Origin: Schmidtea nova
Taxonomy: Eukaryota
Direction: 5' to 3'
Length of the DNA: 64,000 bases
NCBI GenBank assembly: GCA_044892505.1
Contig: CM097882.1
Coordinates: 547,584,001-547,648,000, forward strand
This document shows positions 10,201-17,706 of this stretch, in pieces (within the stretch, counting starts at the first letter, position 1; every line of letters begins with the position of its first letter). The translations under genes were made by a program, and so were the position numbers. Under the pieces are notes generated by a model, which was given only the letters and a program-made list of their open reading frames with translations, searched no databases and was not told where the DNA came from.

Positions 10201-12822
10201 ATGAATCCAATATTACGATGTCCTGATTTCACAAAGACATTTATGTTAATGACGGACGCAAGCGGTTTTGCGTTGGGAGCGGTATTAGGACAAAAGGTTG
10301 AAGGAGAAAAAGATCATGTAATCGCATATGCTAGTCGATCATTGAAACCACATGAAAAAAACTATTCAACAATCGAAAAAGAAACTCTTGCTCTAGTATA
10401 TGGCATAACAACATTTCGACAGTACTTAGTTGGCCGAAAATTCATTGTCTATACAGACCATAATCCATTACAATGGTTAATGAAGCATCGAGATGCAGCA
10501 AGTAAATTAATTAGGTGGTCGTTAGCCTTGCAAGAATATGACTTTGAAATCAAATATCGAACAGGAAAATCAAATGCTAATGCTGATACCTTGTCTAGAA
10601 TTCCAAATGAGGAAATTAATAATAACCAGGAAGAAATAAATTTAAGAGATACTGTATTTGCAGTAGTTAAAGCAGCAAATAATATGGCAGAGCTACAGAG
10701 AGATCAAGAAATGGATGAGGAGCTGAAACAAATAATAAAACATACAGTAATAATGAAAAAAGATAAAGAATTGAAACAATTAATCGAGGAAAAACATAAA
10801 TATGTTATTCACAGAGGTATATTAAAATATATTAAAAATGATGAATTGTTAATAGTGGTTCCAATAATACATCGAAATACGTTATTATTACAGTACCATG
10901 ACGGGGCATTGGGAGGACATTTGTCAGCAAGAAAAACACTGTCGCGAATAAAACTAAAATATTTCTGGAATACAATGGAGCAGGATGTAAAGCAATGGTG
11001 CAACACTTGCAAAATATGCCTGACTCGAAGAAATACTGGAAAGAAAATAAAGGTTCCTCTAAACCCAATGCCAATACCAGCAGCGCCAATGGAATTTTCA
11101 GCAATGGATATCATCGGGCCTTTACCCGAGACAACGAATGGAAATAAATACATTTTGGTATTCTGTGATTATTTAACCAAATGGCCAGAAGCGTTTGCTA
11201 TGCCAAACCAAAAGGCAGAAACTGTTGCACAAATATTTGTTGAAGAAATCATATTTAGATATGGAGTTCCAAAGAAATTGCTAACAGATCAAGGGACAAA
11301 CTTTCAGAGTGATCTGTTTAAATCTATTACAGAATTATTTGGTATATATAAATTGAGCACATCACCATATCATCCACAAACAGATGGGTTAGTGGAAAGA
11401 TTTAATGGTACATTAATTAATATGATCTCATCCTATGTGAATCGAAAGCAAAAAGACTGGGATCTGTTCATTAGACCATGCTTATATGCCTATCGAAATT
11501 CAGTAAATGAGAGTACGGGAGAAACGCCCTTTTATCTTATGTACCTAAGACGAAATAATATGCCGATCGATTTAGAGTTCCAATCACCAACTTCCCAATA
11601 TTTAGAGATTCCAAATTATAAAGTTGCTCTGCAAGAACGTTTACAATCCGCTTGGACTCAAGCCGGATTAAAAATAAAATATCGACAGGAGCAATATAAA
11701 GAAAGTTACGATAAAAAAGCGCATGCGCACGGAATGAAAATTGGCGACCTAGTGTATCTAAATAAGCCAGAGCCAACAAAGGGACTCTCAACAAAATTAC
11801 AAAGACCATTCAAAGGTCCGTATACAGTCTGTGATGCGACTGCAACAAATCTAAAATTGCGACCAATTAATAACAAAAAAGCAGAAACAATTGTAGTTCA
11901 TGCCAATAGATGTAAGAAAGTGCCTGAACTGGAACATCAGCTACGAAATAAACAAAAGAAAACAAATGATGAAATAGAAATCCGGCAAAAGTTCCAGAAA
12001 AATCCAACTCCATTGAGTTATATGAATAAAGTTTTATTCATAACGACAGTTTTAATAAATATGGTAACGAACACAGTTGGAATAAAAATGGATATACCAG
12101 ATGCGGTCAATAAATTACCATCTTTAGAGAAAATAGACGTATACTTAACGAAAGTAGTTCTCACTCTTAATCTGTCAATGAACAATTACAAAAAACCACT
12201 TCGTAATAAAGGAATTTATACAAACAATCAATTGTTTGAAAGAAATGTTCAAATTGAGATGATATACTGGAATAAAACGAATCAAGTTCAAATTGAAAAT
12301 TGTGATACTACAATAATTGTTGCATATAAAGCTCAGGTCGAGGGAAAAGTAACTATTATTATAAATAATAAAATTAAGGTGGTATTGAATGAACACCGAA
12401 ACAGAGCGAGAGTCAGTACTCAGAACTCAGGAACCGAATCACAAACAAGCAAACTCCTTATAGAAAACCAATGCTGCAAAGGGAAAACCAATCCAGACCG
12501 ATGGCAAACTATTTGCATTAAAGACAGACAGATTTATTTCGTTCTCGATCAACCCTCTAAAGAAACCCTTGATCACAATCTGACTCTACCATTAACTCTT
12601 TCATGTATAAAAATCGAAAACTTTTCATTAAACTATAAAGAAAATTCATTCACTAACAATTGTGTTGATATGTTCTCTGTATGTATCATAAGGGCAAGAC
12701 AAAGAGTGATCTTGCTCGTTTGCTTTATCCTCATTTCACGAACTGACAAAAGAAACAATTCTAATTGTGATTTTCAATATTCTGAGCCGCAGATATCAAT
12801 GTGGTTGGAATCAAGGGTGTAG
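3178..12822 (+). CDS. Copy 1 uninterrupted polyprotein (3214 aa from first ATG): Gag-2xUBL-Bcl2-like-Env-PR-RT-RH-IN-C-terminal extension
   Basis: Single open frame 3133-12822 containing CCHC knuckles, LIDSGS, YIDD, TDAS, HHCC/DDE and GPY motifs. Confidence 0.93.
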   Translation: MSSEDLPVSVIKENNDFASCQRLPVEQYGGDPVIFVDFMSDYYMYATAYGWSQAIMIQRLPLYLKGAAREVWQQIDKKLIGNDWAKLKDALAAKLIGGDIKRLMRQKFYSRVQNPNETVSEFAYHLSTLASKSFEEDSKQPGLAQQMQELIQDQFLSGINKEIKTALCCVDYDNFDELVKKAMKIELNLKSTKNKSDVFAIIPAQRERSITPTQNNWEPENRFQRSKSPSPKWRTELNINRPSRNFQGAERSRVIQCENCKKIGHYANQCWFKNNSDSTPRRITQDYRTNDRGTNFRRTVPDIKSNVNEVQCYRCGRKGHVSRNCFSRSRSPSTSPSPQRDNVNLNGQIQCHLCRNYGHIARSCPRNTNKFQRPILKRTIRFQDENPSNDNIAYVQQDGFREKIESDVKQLNQKLNKLIAKFESDEETDTHMMTRKELSESESESDKVQINKAKADIQSERSTVFIAKIRKLVAEPDVNSQKITELFTRLTKIPLSLTKIKTVIKLCAECYAASVEKRDVFKDFMRIFGQYLRKNKWLDPIFIQMNAPDGTKSNYKIDAYEKVRELKREVMHKCESWAVELKFMDQVLEDGEFLVDYGLIPGGENEMQMTNMIAKEKTVTNDSDEIRFELMEALLKGNTGDIIDKLNNILNLELKVEDKLKILDCVRPYMNAENEYGKTIKTLIQKFGQEFREEGIYNEPFVVLLKINGQGVEYTDEHWYTKVNKIRRRTAEIMGNDGIIVLTYKGFELDDDEYLFDCGCMPRKRNEDRFLTDQNFINDIIAVKQVDTDEVEKGYKIELPEFGSETMDNEDEISEEQEMTEHGEEQETEQRIEESIIKTEVKNEAYMTEMEIDNITEERQRKDLYEVRCEIIQRLQGERGQKELKETEKVVRALANELYGEAAEKTQVELYVRKIAKKLKKRLYVVLRYVKDNKEFCDDGVITNMMTGEMDRDLVLTITSYILLEIGTHDYLNMEKRDEVIKKASKVLYKHVGKWIKEIGGWEKLVKQKTESSVEKRESYEGIPRGKPMKLPFIMFMIIILCAITTQTTSLIAYDCSQTKMGKIYSMVDMTECSDAHPMSLTVENDVKYHVYQESGFRHAVVRECIVKRTSFVFYCGKWSHTSLIKMYSIPRPVDVNPENCMAAFQTGEVKISPEVKLKAKLNHAIRETIIEKGTIKANGDCKGEPYKMNGEIIDQIVVMEEYLTELREFQGAFDDDTGKLQTHPFCNMKQASCQTGESILVYEVKTNLCNLIHLKTMSFNEMSGEQLRERPENLNVEAKPDMTIRITPLRTRKTPVVLMSTLLDDGMRFIRKNVVNKCGQTVYETNYKGIYVSKKRVEEAQVQIHSTDIKLTNYFNNKIDYLFHYSQSIMENIYREMILNDCKLNKEILRNRMAMAVTNPNLVAPMLISENGVFARVFGEALYSYKCNEIPVQIIKYEQCTNELPVSVNGKLRFMEPITRILLEEDAKPKLLKCNRLLAPLYRLTSDSWISLPDHKGVRNPEKLELTKLEYLINFTSLDKLAQTGLYSQEDVEEARRNLLFPSKKERVITEMIDTILPSGEGKVNYDYLLTPDHYKKATYNTMKKIWGKFMFLGQACAGLIGIYVMFVVIKVIISQILTTHQLYVISGWSWKLIIGCIPFLARFVITKHQYKEMGKVKSRLNNDGRDIDSSSDSESGNGGKVKVPPIYYYKNSKIKINDIREKSKSLNLLQSVPQTSETDTFSRLCIPKTFLPTAPIYPVEKLKEMRPVENIELTNEQIAPTSAEIERRNMLGLPGNYALMTIGNKGRQPRIWIQVNKHRVEALIDSGSSNTILSDKLINSGERARMKSTEEVVRSMTKNKLNIIGQIRVKLNIGNKEIVHNALIMKDSPVMCLVEMDVLEQLEGVSLDLKTGNLIVGKTGKVIHETGDVFLNQTLRVPPQSEVICYVNTMGVPDDEFIFQPSENLIAKYDTPICDEVVKVQDQLIPVRITNNSDKEVSFKPKTKLGKLTKILKINNKRLPKNIKIYKEPQVDSAELTQEQTQTFTKLLRKYQDIFAKHEYDLGVTHIIEHEIPLIDETPIKLRPYRIPYAHQDESDRQIKAMKEFHIIRDSFSPFSSSIVVVKKKDGELRFCIDYRKLNQVTRKDTYPIPVPQEMFDKMGEAQYFTVIDLNKGYNQFKVKETDKGKTAFSDGKGLYEFNVLPFGLTGAPATFQRGMNFVLRDIPHALVYIDDIIIFSGNFEEHMRDVETVFKRLREANLKIKPSKCEWGKSEVVYVGHIISRKGLQPNPENVKKIKDYPTPKNVDDIRQFLGLASYYRKFIRNFAHVAQPLTMLLKKTTKFVWGKAQQDIFEILKQKLMMNPILRCPDFTKTFMLMTDASGFALGAVLGQKVEGEKDHVIAYASRSLKPHEKNYSTIEKETLALVYGITTFRQYLVGRKFIVYTDHNPLQWLMKHRDAASKLIRWSLALQEYDFEIKYRTGKSNANADTLSRIPNEEINNNQEEINLRDTVFAVVKAANNMAELQRDQEMDEELKQIIKHTVIMKKDKELKQLIEEKHKYVIHRGILKYIKNDELLIVVPIIHRNTLLLQYHDGALGGHLSARKTLSRIKLKYFWNTMEQDVKQWCNTCKICLTRRNTGKKIKVPLNPMPIPAAPMEFSAMDIIGPLPETTNGNKYILVFCDYLTKWPEAFAMPNQKAETVAQIFVEEIIFRYGVPKKLLTDQGTNFQSDLFKSITELFGIYKLSTSPYHPQTDGLVERFNGTLINMISSYVNRKQKDWDLFIRPCLYAYRNSVNESTGETPFYLMYLRRNNMPIDLEFQSPTSQYLEIPNYKVALQERLQSAWTQAGLKIKYRQEQYKESYDKKAHAHGMKIGDLVYLNKPEPTKGLSTKLQRPFKGPYTVCDATATNLKLRPINNKKAETIVVHANRCKKVPELEHQLRNKQKKTNDEIEIRQKFQKNPTPLSYMNKVLFITTVLINMVTNTVGIKMDIPDAVNKLPSLEKIDVYLTKVVLTLNLSMNNYKKPLRNKGIYTNNQLFERNVQIEMIYWNKTNQVQIENCDTTIIVAYKAQVEGKVTIIINNKIKVVLNEHRNRARVSTQNSGTESQTSKLLIENQCCKGKTNPDRWQTICIKDRQIYFVLDQPSKETLDHNLTLPLTLSCIKIENFSLNYKENSFTNNCVDMFSVCIIRARQRVILLVCFILISRTDKRNNSNCDFQYSEPQISMWLESRV
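4550..5463 (+). other. Two tandem modules, each a helical segment plus a ubiquitin-like domain (UBL1 ~4795-5004, UBL2 ~5275-5463)
   Basis: LKFMDQVLEDGEFLVDYGL and LTYKGFELDDDEYLFDCG align with ubiquitin LIFAGKQLEDGRTLSDYNI; both are preceded by an FGQ(Y/E)(L/F)R...P motif. Confidence 0.65.
5761..6200 (+). other. Bcl-2-like helical domain
   Basis: BH2-like LYKHVGKWIKEIGGWEKL (6139-6192) versus Bcl-2 LNRHLHTWIQDNGGWDAF; BH3-like VVRALANEL; divergent BH1-position segment GEMDRDLVLTITSY. Confidence 0.65.
6262..8130 (+). other. env: Envelope glycoprotein (chuvirus-G / gB-like class III fusogen type) embedded in the polyprotein
   Basis: Signal-like MKLPFIMFMIIILCAITTQTTS then LIAYDC; 14 ectodomain Cys; CGQTVYETNY, GEALYSYKC, CTNELPV, FMEPITRIL and CNRLLAPLY motifs; TM at 7948-8022 and a second hydrophobic GWSW segment at 8047-8118. 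Confidence 0.8.
8542..8875 (+). other. pro: Retropepsin aspartic protease
   Basis: ALIDSGSSNT (catalytic D at 8596). The C-terminal motif is LVEMD in copy 1 and LVGMD in copies 2 and 3. Confidence 0.88.
9260..10605 (+). other. pol: Reverse transcriptase and RNase H (Ty3/Gypsy type)
   Basis: LRFCIDYRKLN, IDLNKGYNQ, PFGLTGAPATFQR, YIDD (9808), TDASGFALGAVL, NYSTIEKETLA, YTDHNPL and NANADTLSR. Confidence 0.95.
10800..11920 (+). other. int: Integrase (HHCC zinc finger, DDE core, GPY/F module)
   Basis: HDGALGGH...CNTC; D 11107, D 11287, E 11395; PFKGPY at ~11806-11823. Confidence 0.95.
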
Positions 12823-12959
12823 TAAGCTACTATTTTGCATGTAATGACAATATACAGTATTATTTCCCTTATATTTCCTTAGTTAATGATTCTTTAATAG
12901 TCAATTGATAATCTTTTGTTGTAAAATATGTTGTTAAAATTTAAATTATATTGATGTAA

Positions 12960-13035
12960 TTTGATTGGTCGAATAATCACACTGTAGGGGGAGAGAATTT
13001 TTGGATATAAAGATGGCGGTTGTTTTCAGAGTTTG
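12960..13035 (+). promoter_or_regulatory. Putative internal promoter for ORF2
   Basis: ATTGG (reverse CCAAT) at 12964, TATAAA at 13006 and YY1-like AAGATGGCGG at 13010, ~90 bp upstream of ATG 13100. Motif inference only. Confidence 0.45.
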
Positions 13036-13099
13036 ACTTGGAAAATCTTTGGAAAAAAAAAAAAAAAAAAAAAAGATCAAAATTAAATCTAAAGGAAGA

Positions 13100-14320
13100 A
13101 TGGAAAAAATCAACAGACCAGCAAGATTATACGGGAAATATTATCAAGAAAGAAGAAGCTATACAGACAAAGTTATCGTAATAGAAGAAAATTTGAAAAT
13201 TCCTAATTGGGTAAGGTTAGGGAATGAAGAAATGAGAATATGTATGGTGGAATTGGAATGGAAATCCAATACGAAATTTTCAGAAGTGTTAATAAGAAGA
13301 AACGAAGAGACATGGGAGGTTCATGTTTTTAAAGGAAGAGTAGAAATTTTAGAGAATGATGCAACGGTTCTACAAACATTGGAAACTAATTCATCATGGA
13401 AGATATCAAAAGAAATATGGCATAAGAAGATGCGAGCAGCCAATGGAACGGCTTGCATTGTTTTAGAATGCCGAGGACCAGCTCCAACAATCCCGGCATT
13501 AGAACAAATTATGACCAATGAAGAAGAAAATAGGTTACTCCCGATAACCGAAGAAATGTTAAAGCACCGAAAATCATTTTTGAGAAAACAAATGACAAAA
13601 GAAGAAATTAGAAAAAATATTATGTTCATGGACGCGGAATATGGCGTAAGTGAGCAAAACAAGATGGTTCCGCTGTCTATTTGTTTAATAAACTATGACG
13701 GAAGAATATTGTATAACTCATTAATAACCCCCAGAGAAAAGCTAAAAAATTACGTTACCCAAATTCACGGCATCACAGAGAAGATGTCAAGAAATCAAGA
13801 TGATCAATACAAGAGTCAGAGGAAAATTCAGCAATTAACGGCAAGGAAAATCTTGATTGGACATGATCTCCAAAGCGAACTATTGTACAGTGGAGTACAG
13901 ACAAGGGATCTATGGGGTATTCGCGATTTGGCGGCAGCTCGAGCATTGACAAAAAGAAGAGTCACAAGGAACGGGCAATGGTATAAATTGTCAATAGTAG
14001 CCGAAGAAATATGTGGCATCAGAATGCAAAAAGGGAATCATACGGCATTAGAAGACACTGATGCAATTAGAAGAATTTATTTGGCCATAGAAAATGAATG
14101 GCAGGATGATGTAGAGTGTGCTGAAACAACCAGCAAAAGAAAATATTCGTTAGAAGAGTATAGGAAAAGAAAGGCTCCAACAACCAGTGAGCAGATGGAG
14201 GAACCAAAAGAGAAGAGGAAAGCAGAAGTTCAGCAAATGGAACAAGACATTCACATGGTGGAACACATGCATATTGCTCGTAAGAAAACTGCGAAAATGA
14301 TGGTTGAGAAAAAAACTTGA
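13100..14320 (+). CDS. ORF2 copy 1 (406 aa): cupin-like N-terminal domain plus DEDDh 3'-5' exonuclease (ISG20/REXO4-like)
   Basis: ExoI FMDAEYG (13631/13637), NYVTQIHGIT, ExoII LIGHDLQSEL, IRDLA, ExoIII HTALED (14039/14054); identical protein in all three copies. Confidence 0.85.
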   Translation: MEKINRPARLYGKYYQERRSYTDKVIVIEENLKIPNWVRLGNEEMRICMVELEWKSNTKFSEVLIRRNEETWEVHVFKGRVEILENDATVLQTLETNSSWKISKEIWHKKMRAANGTACIVLECRGPAPTIPALEQIMTNEEENRLLPITEEMLKHRKSFLRKQMTKEEIRKNIMFMDAEYGVSEQNKMVPLSICLINYDGRILYNSLITPREKLKNYVTQIHGITEKMSRNQDDQYKSQRKIQQLTARKILIGHDLQSELLYSGVQTRDLWGIRDLAAARALTKRRVTRNGQWYKLSIVAEEICGIRMQKGNHTALEDTDAIRRIYLAIENEWQDDVECAETTSKRKYSLEEYRKRKAPTTSEQMEEPKEKRKAEVQQMEQDIHMVEHMHIARKKTAKMMVEKKT

Positions 14321-14516
14321 TTTATTTAAAAATGCAATTGTGGAAATGGACAAAATAATGATGCAACAAAATAGTGTTGAAAAAGGAAATCAAACAAAAG
14401 AAGGAATAGTGGTCGATAAGATGATCACGTTCAATGGTGAGGAATTGGAAGCAACAAAGGTTGTCGTCACGTATAGAGGAAGAAACCAAACTATCAAAAT
14501 TGTAATTGATAAATAG
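14304..14516 (+). CDS. Probable C-terminal continuation of ORF2 in the +1 frame (also 30162-30374 and 46012-46224)
   Basis: Overlaps the ORF2 stop at an A7 run (14309-14315); removing one A fuses the two frames. Confidence 0.5.
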   Translation: MRKKLDLFKNAIVEMDKIMMQQNSVEKGNQTKEGIVVDKMITFNGEELEATKVVVTYRGRNQTIKIVIDK

Positions 14517-17500
14517 AATTTTATTAAAGAAAGTCTTATTGTTATTTATTTCCTATCCCAAAATTATCTAAATATTAAAAATTCAAAAAAATAATAAAAT
14601 AAAATAAAATAGTAAATATTAATTTCTGCGAAAAATTAAATTCGTAGTCCCATAGTTCCTCGAGTAAAATTAATTTCAGTGAAAAAAAATTAGAAGTATC
14701 AATTAATTAATTGGATAGTAATGATAAAATATATGACAATATATGTAATTGAGTATAGTAAGAATTACGATACTAATACGCCTGTAGTAGAAGTTCGATA
14801 GGACGTCACTCAGGTAATATAAATATGTATAAATATTTAATATAATAAATGTATAAAAAAAAAAAAATTTTTTTTTAATTAAATAATCTGATTATAGGGT
14901 TTTTAGAATGCAGATCTCGAACTTCGGGATTTGTATTCTCAAAACCAATTACCCTACCAGCCTGCAGCACAGGCGTAACCAGCTGGTGAGATAATTTAAA
15001 ATAATTAATAACACCTATGGTAAGTGTAGGTAGCTAAGCGTAATAAAGTAAAATATATGTATATATATACAAAATAATAAAATCAGAGTAGTAAACAATT
15101 AAAACTATAAAATAAAATAAAGATTAAATTAAATTAAAAAAAATTAAATATTTAAAAAGTATCATAAACAAATGCAGGTTTAAATAAAATTAAATAAAAT
15201 GAAATAATATAAAATTATAAACCAGAGTCAATATAGGATTAATAATGGTAATAAATGGTAATGAAATAGCAGGATAGAATTGAAGTAAAATTGAATTGAA
15301 ATAATAAAATAGAGTAAAATAAATCGTCATCATCATATTATATATCATCATTATTATTATCAGTGTTATTATTATTAGTATCATATTACGATTTATTATT
15401 ATTATTATTATTAGGATTATTATTGTTATTATTATAATTATTAGTATCATTAACATTATTATCCTCATCATCATAGTATTATCATTAGTACTACAATTGT
15501 TTTTTTTTGAGGCAATTGGTATTGTTGGTAGTGTAATGAAAAAAAAAAATAAATAAATAAATAAATAAATAAATTTAAACAATTGAGAAAACCTTTCTGA
15601 CGGATTTAATGGATAAATTACCCAAATATTTTCTATCATTTGGTGAGATTGGAACACTTTGGTTTCTTTGGTCGGAGGATGTCGCATCTATCGATAATTC
15701 GGTGGTGTTGCTTTGAGATCATTGATGTTCTTTTCCTGTTCTCGGTTGTGATGGTGATAGTGGGGTGGTGGTGATTATTACAAAGTATTATAANNNNNNN
15801 NNNNNNNNNNNNNNNNNNNNNNNNNNNNNNNNNNNNNNNNNNNNNNNNNNNNNNNNNNNNNNNNNNNNNNNNNNNNNNNNNNNNNNNNNNNNNNNNNNNN
15901 NNNNNNNNNNNNNNNNNNNNNNNNNNNNNNNNNNNNNNNNNNNNNNNNNNNNNNNNNNNNNNNNNNNNNNNNNNNNNNNNNNNNNNNNNNNNNNNNNNNN
16001 NNNNNNNNNNNNNNNNNNNNNNNNNNNNNNNNNNNNNNNNNNNNNNNNNNNNNNNNNNNNNNNNNNNNNNNTTTATCATTATCATGATTATTATTGTTAT
16101 TAATTTCATTCTGTTGTTAGTNNNNNNNNNNNNNNNNNNNNNNNNNNNNNNNNNNNNNNNNNNNNNNNNNNNNNNNNNNNNNNNNNNNNNNNNNNNNNNN
16201 NNNNNNNNNNNNNNNNNNNNNNNNNNNNNNNNNNNNNNNNNNNNNNNNNNNNNNNNNNNNNNNNNNNNNNNNNNNNNNNNNNNNNNNNNNNNNNNNNNNN
16301 NNNNNNNNNNNNNNNNNNNNNNNNNNNNNNNNNNCATCATCATCATATTATTATTATTATTATTATTGTTATTATTATAAATTATTATTAGCCATTATTA
16401 TTATTAAAATAAAAATATAATATTATTATTATAAATTATTATAAACTATTATTATTAAAATATAAATGTTATTATTATTATTTTAGTACTANNNNNNNNN
16501 NNNNNNNNNNNNNNNNNNNNNNNNNNNNNNNNNNNNNNNNNNNNNNNNNNNNNNNNNNNNNNNNNNNNNNNNNNNNNNNNNNNNNNNNNNNNNNNNNNNN
16601 NNNNNNNNNNNNNNNNNNNNNNNNNNNNNNNNNNNNNNNNNNNNNNATTATTGTTACTGTTATTATTATCATTATTATGACCATTATTGTCATCATCATC
16701 ATATTATTATTATTATTATTGTTATTATTATTATAAATTGTTATTAGCCATTATTATTATTAAAATAAAAATATAATATTATTATTATAAATTATTATAA
16801 GTAACTCACATTTTGCAGGATGGGCATAAAATGAAAATCTAGTAGTGGGAATGAAAACATTCCCGAAGGAATGTCGATTATATAGAATCGACATTCCAAC
16901 GAAACCAAATTTAAATTGCTATCTGGACAGATAGCGGCGAGGCAATTTTTTTGGCAATAAATGCCACAGGCACAGAAAGGAAAAAAAAAAAAAAATTCCG
17001 CTATCTTGACAACTAGTCAGGATAGCGGTGAAGTACAAACAAAAATGGAAGGCACATAAGTGCCATCAAGATAGCAAAATGAATTAAAAATAAAATTTTT
17101 TTATTATAAAGATAACTAAATTAATTAATAAAATTATTATTANNNNNNNNNNNNNNNNNNNNNNNNNNNNNNNNNNNNNNNNNNNNNNNNNNNNNNNNNN
17201 NNNNNNNNNNNNNNNNNNNNNNNNNNNNNNNNNNNNNNNNNNNNNNNNNNNNNNNNNNNNNNNNNNNNNNNNNNNNNNNNNNNNNNNNNNNNNNNNNNNN
17301 NNNNNNNNNNNNNNNNNNNNNNNNNNNNNNNNNNNNNNNNNNNNNNNNNNNNNNNNNNNNNNNNNNNNNNNNNNNNNNNNNNNNNNNNNNNNNNNNNNNN
17401 NNNNNNNNNNTTATCACTATTGTCAATACTGATGATAAAATTATAGGAATTAATTTAAATTTGTAATATTAGTATATTTATTATCACTACGATAATTATC

Positions 17501-17692
17501 ATTATAAAAAAAAATGGGTAGTGCTATTGTTATTACAGTTAGTATGAAAATTGTTATCCCTATTATCGTAAACTAGTATTTATTTAAAAATAATAAATTA
17601 GAATATTATAGAGAAGCGTTTATTGGAAAATAATAGTGGGGGCATTGTACGAAAGATAACTTAAGATTTTAATTCGAGGACGAATTTTTTTT
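14517..17692 (+). repeat. Long 3' non-coding region rich in (ATT)n/(ATC)n microsatellites, partly N-masked, with a ~110-bp internal direct repeat (16335-16445 and 16690-16800)
   Basis: Direct reading of the sequence; the same layout occurs at 30375-33544 and 46225-49456. Confidence 0.85.
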
Positions 17693-17704
17693 AAAGGGGG
17701 GAGA
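17693..17704 (+). promoter_or_regulatory. Polypurine tract (also 33545-33556 and 49457-49468)
   Basis: AAAGGGGGGAGA lies 2 nt before the TGTTG LTR start. Confidence 0.9.
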
Positions 17705-17706
17705 TA

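Noticed and set aside
3476-14353. Many 60-115 aa minus-strand ORFs antisense to the polyprotein and ORF2
   Set aside because: Expected shadows of a long purine-rich coding strand; hydrophobic low-information sequences without motifs.
15190-17426. ORFs spanning the microsatellite and N-masked blocks (also in copies 2 and 3)
   Set aside because: Artefacts of N runs and ATT repeats; the unmasked parts contain stops or frame changes.
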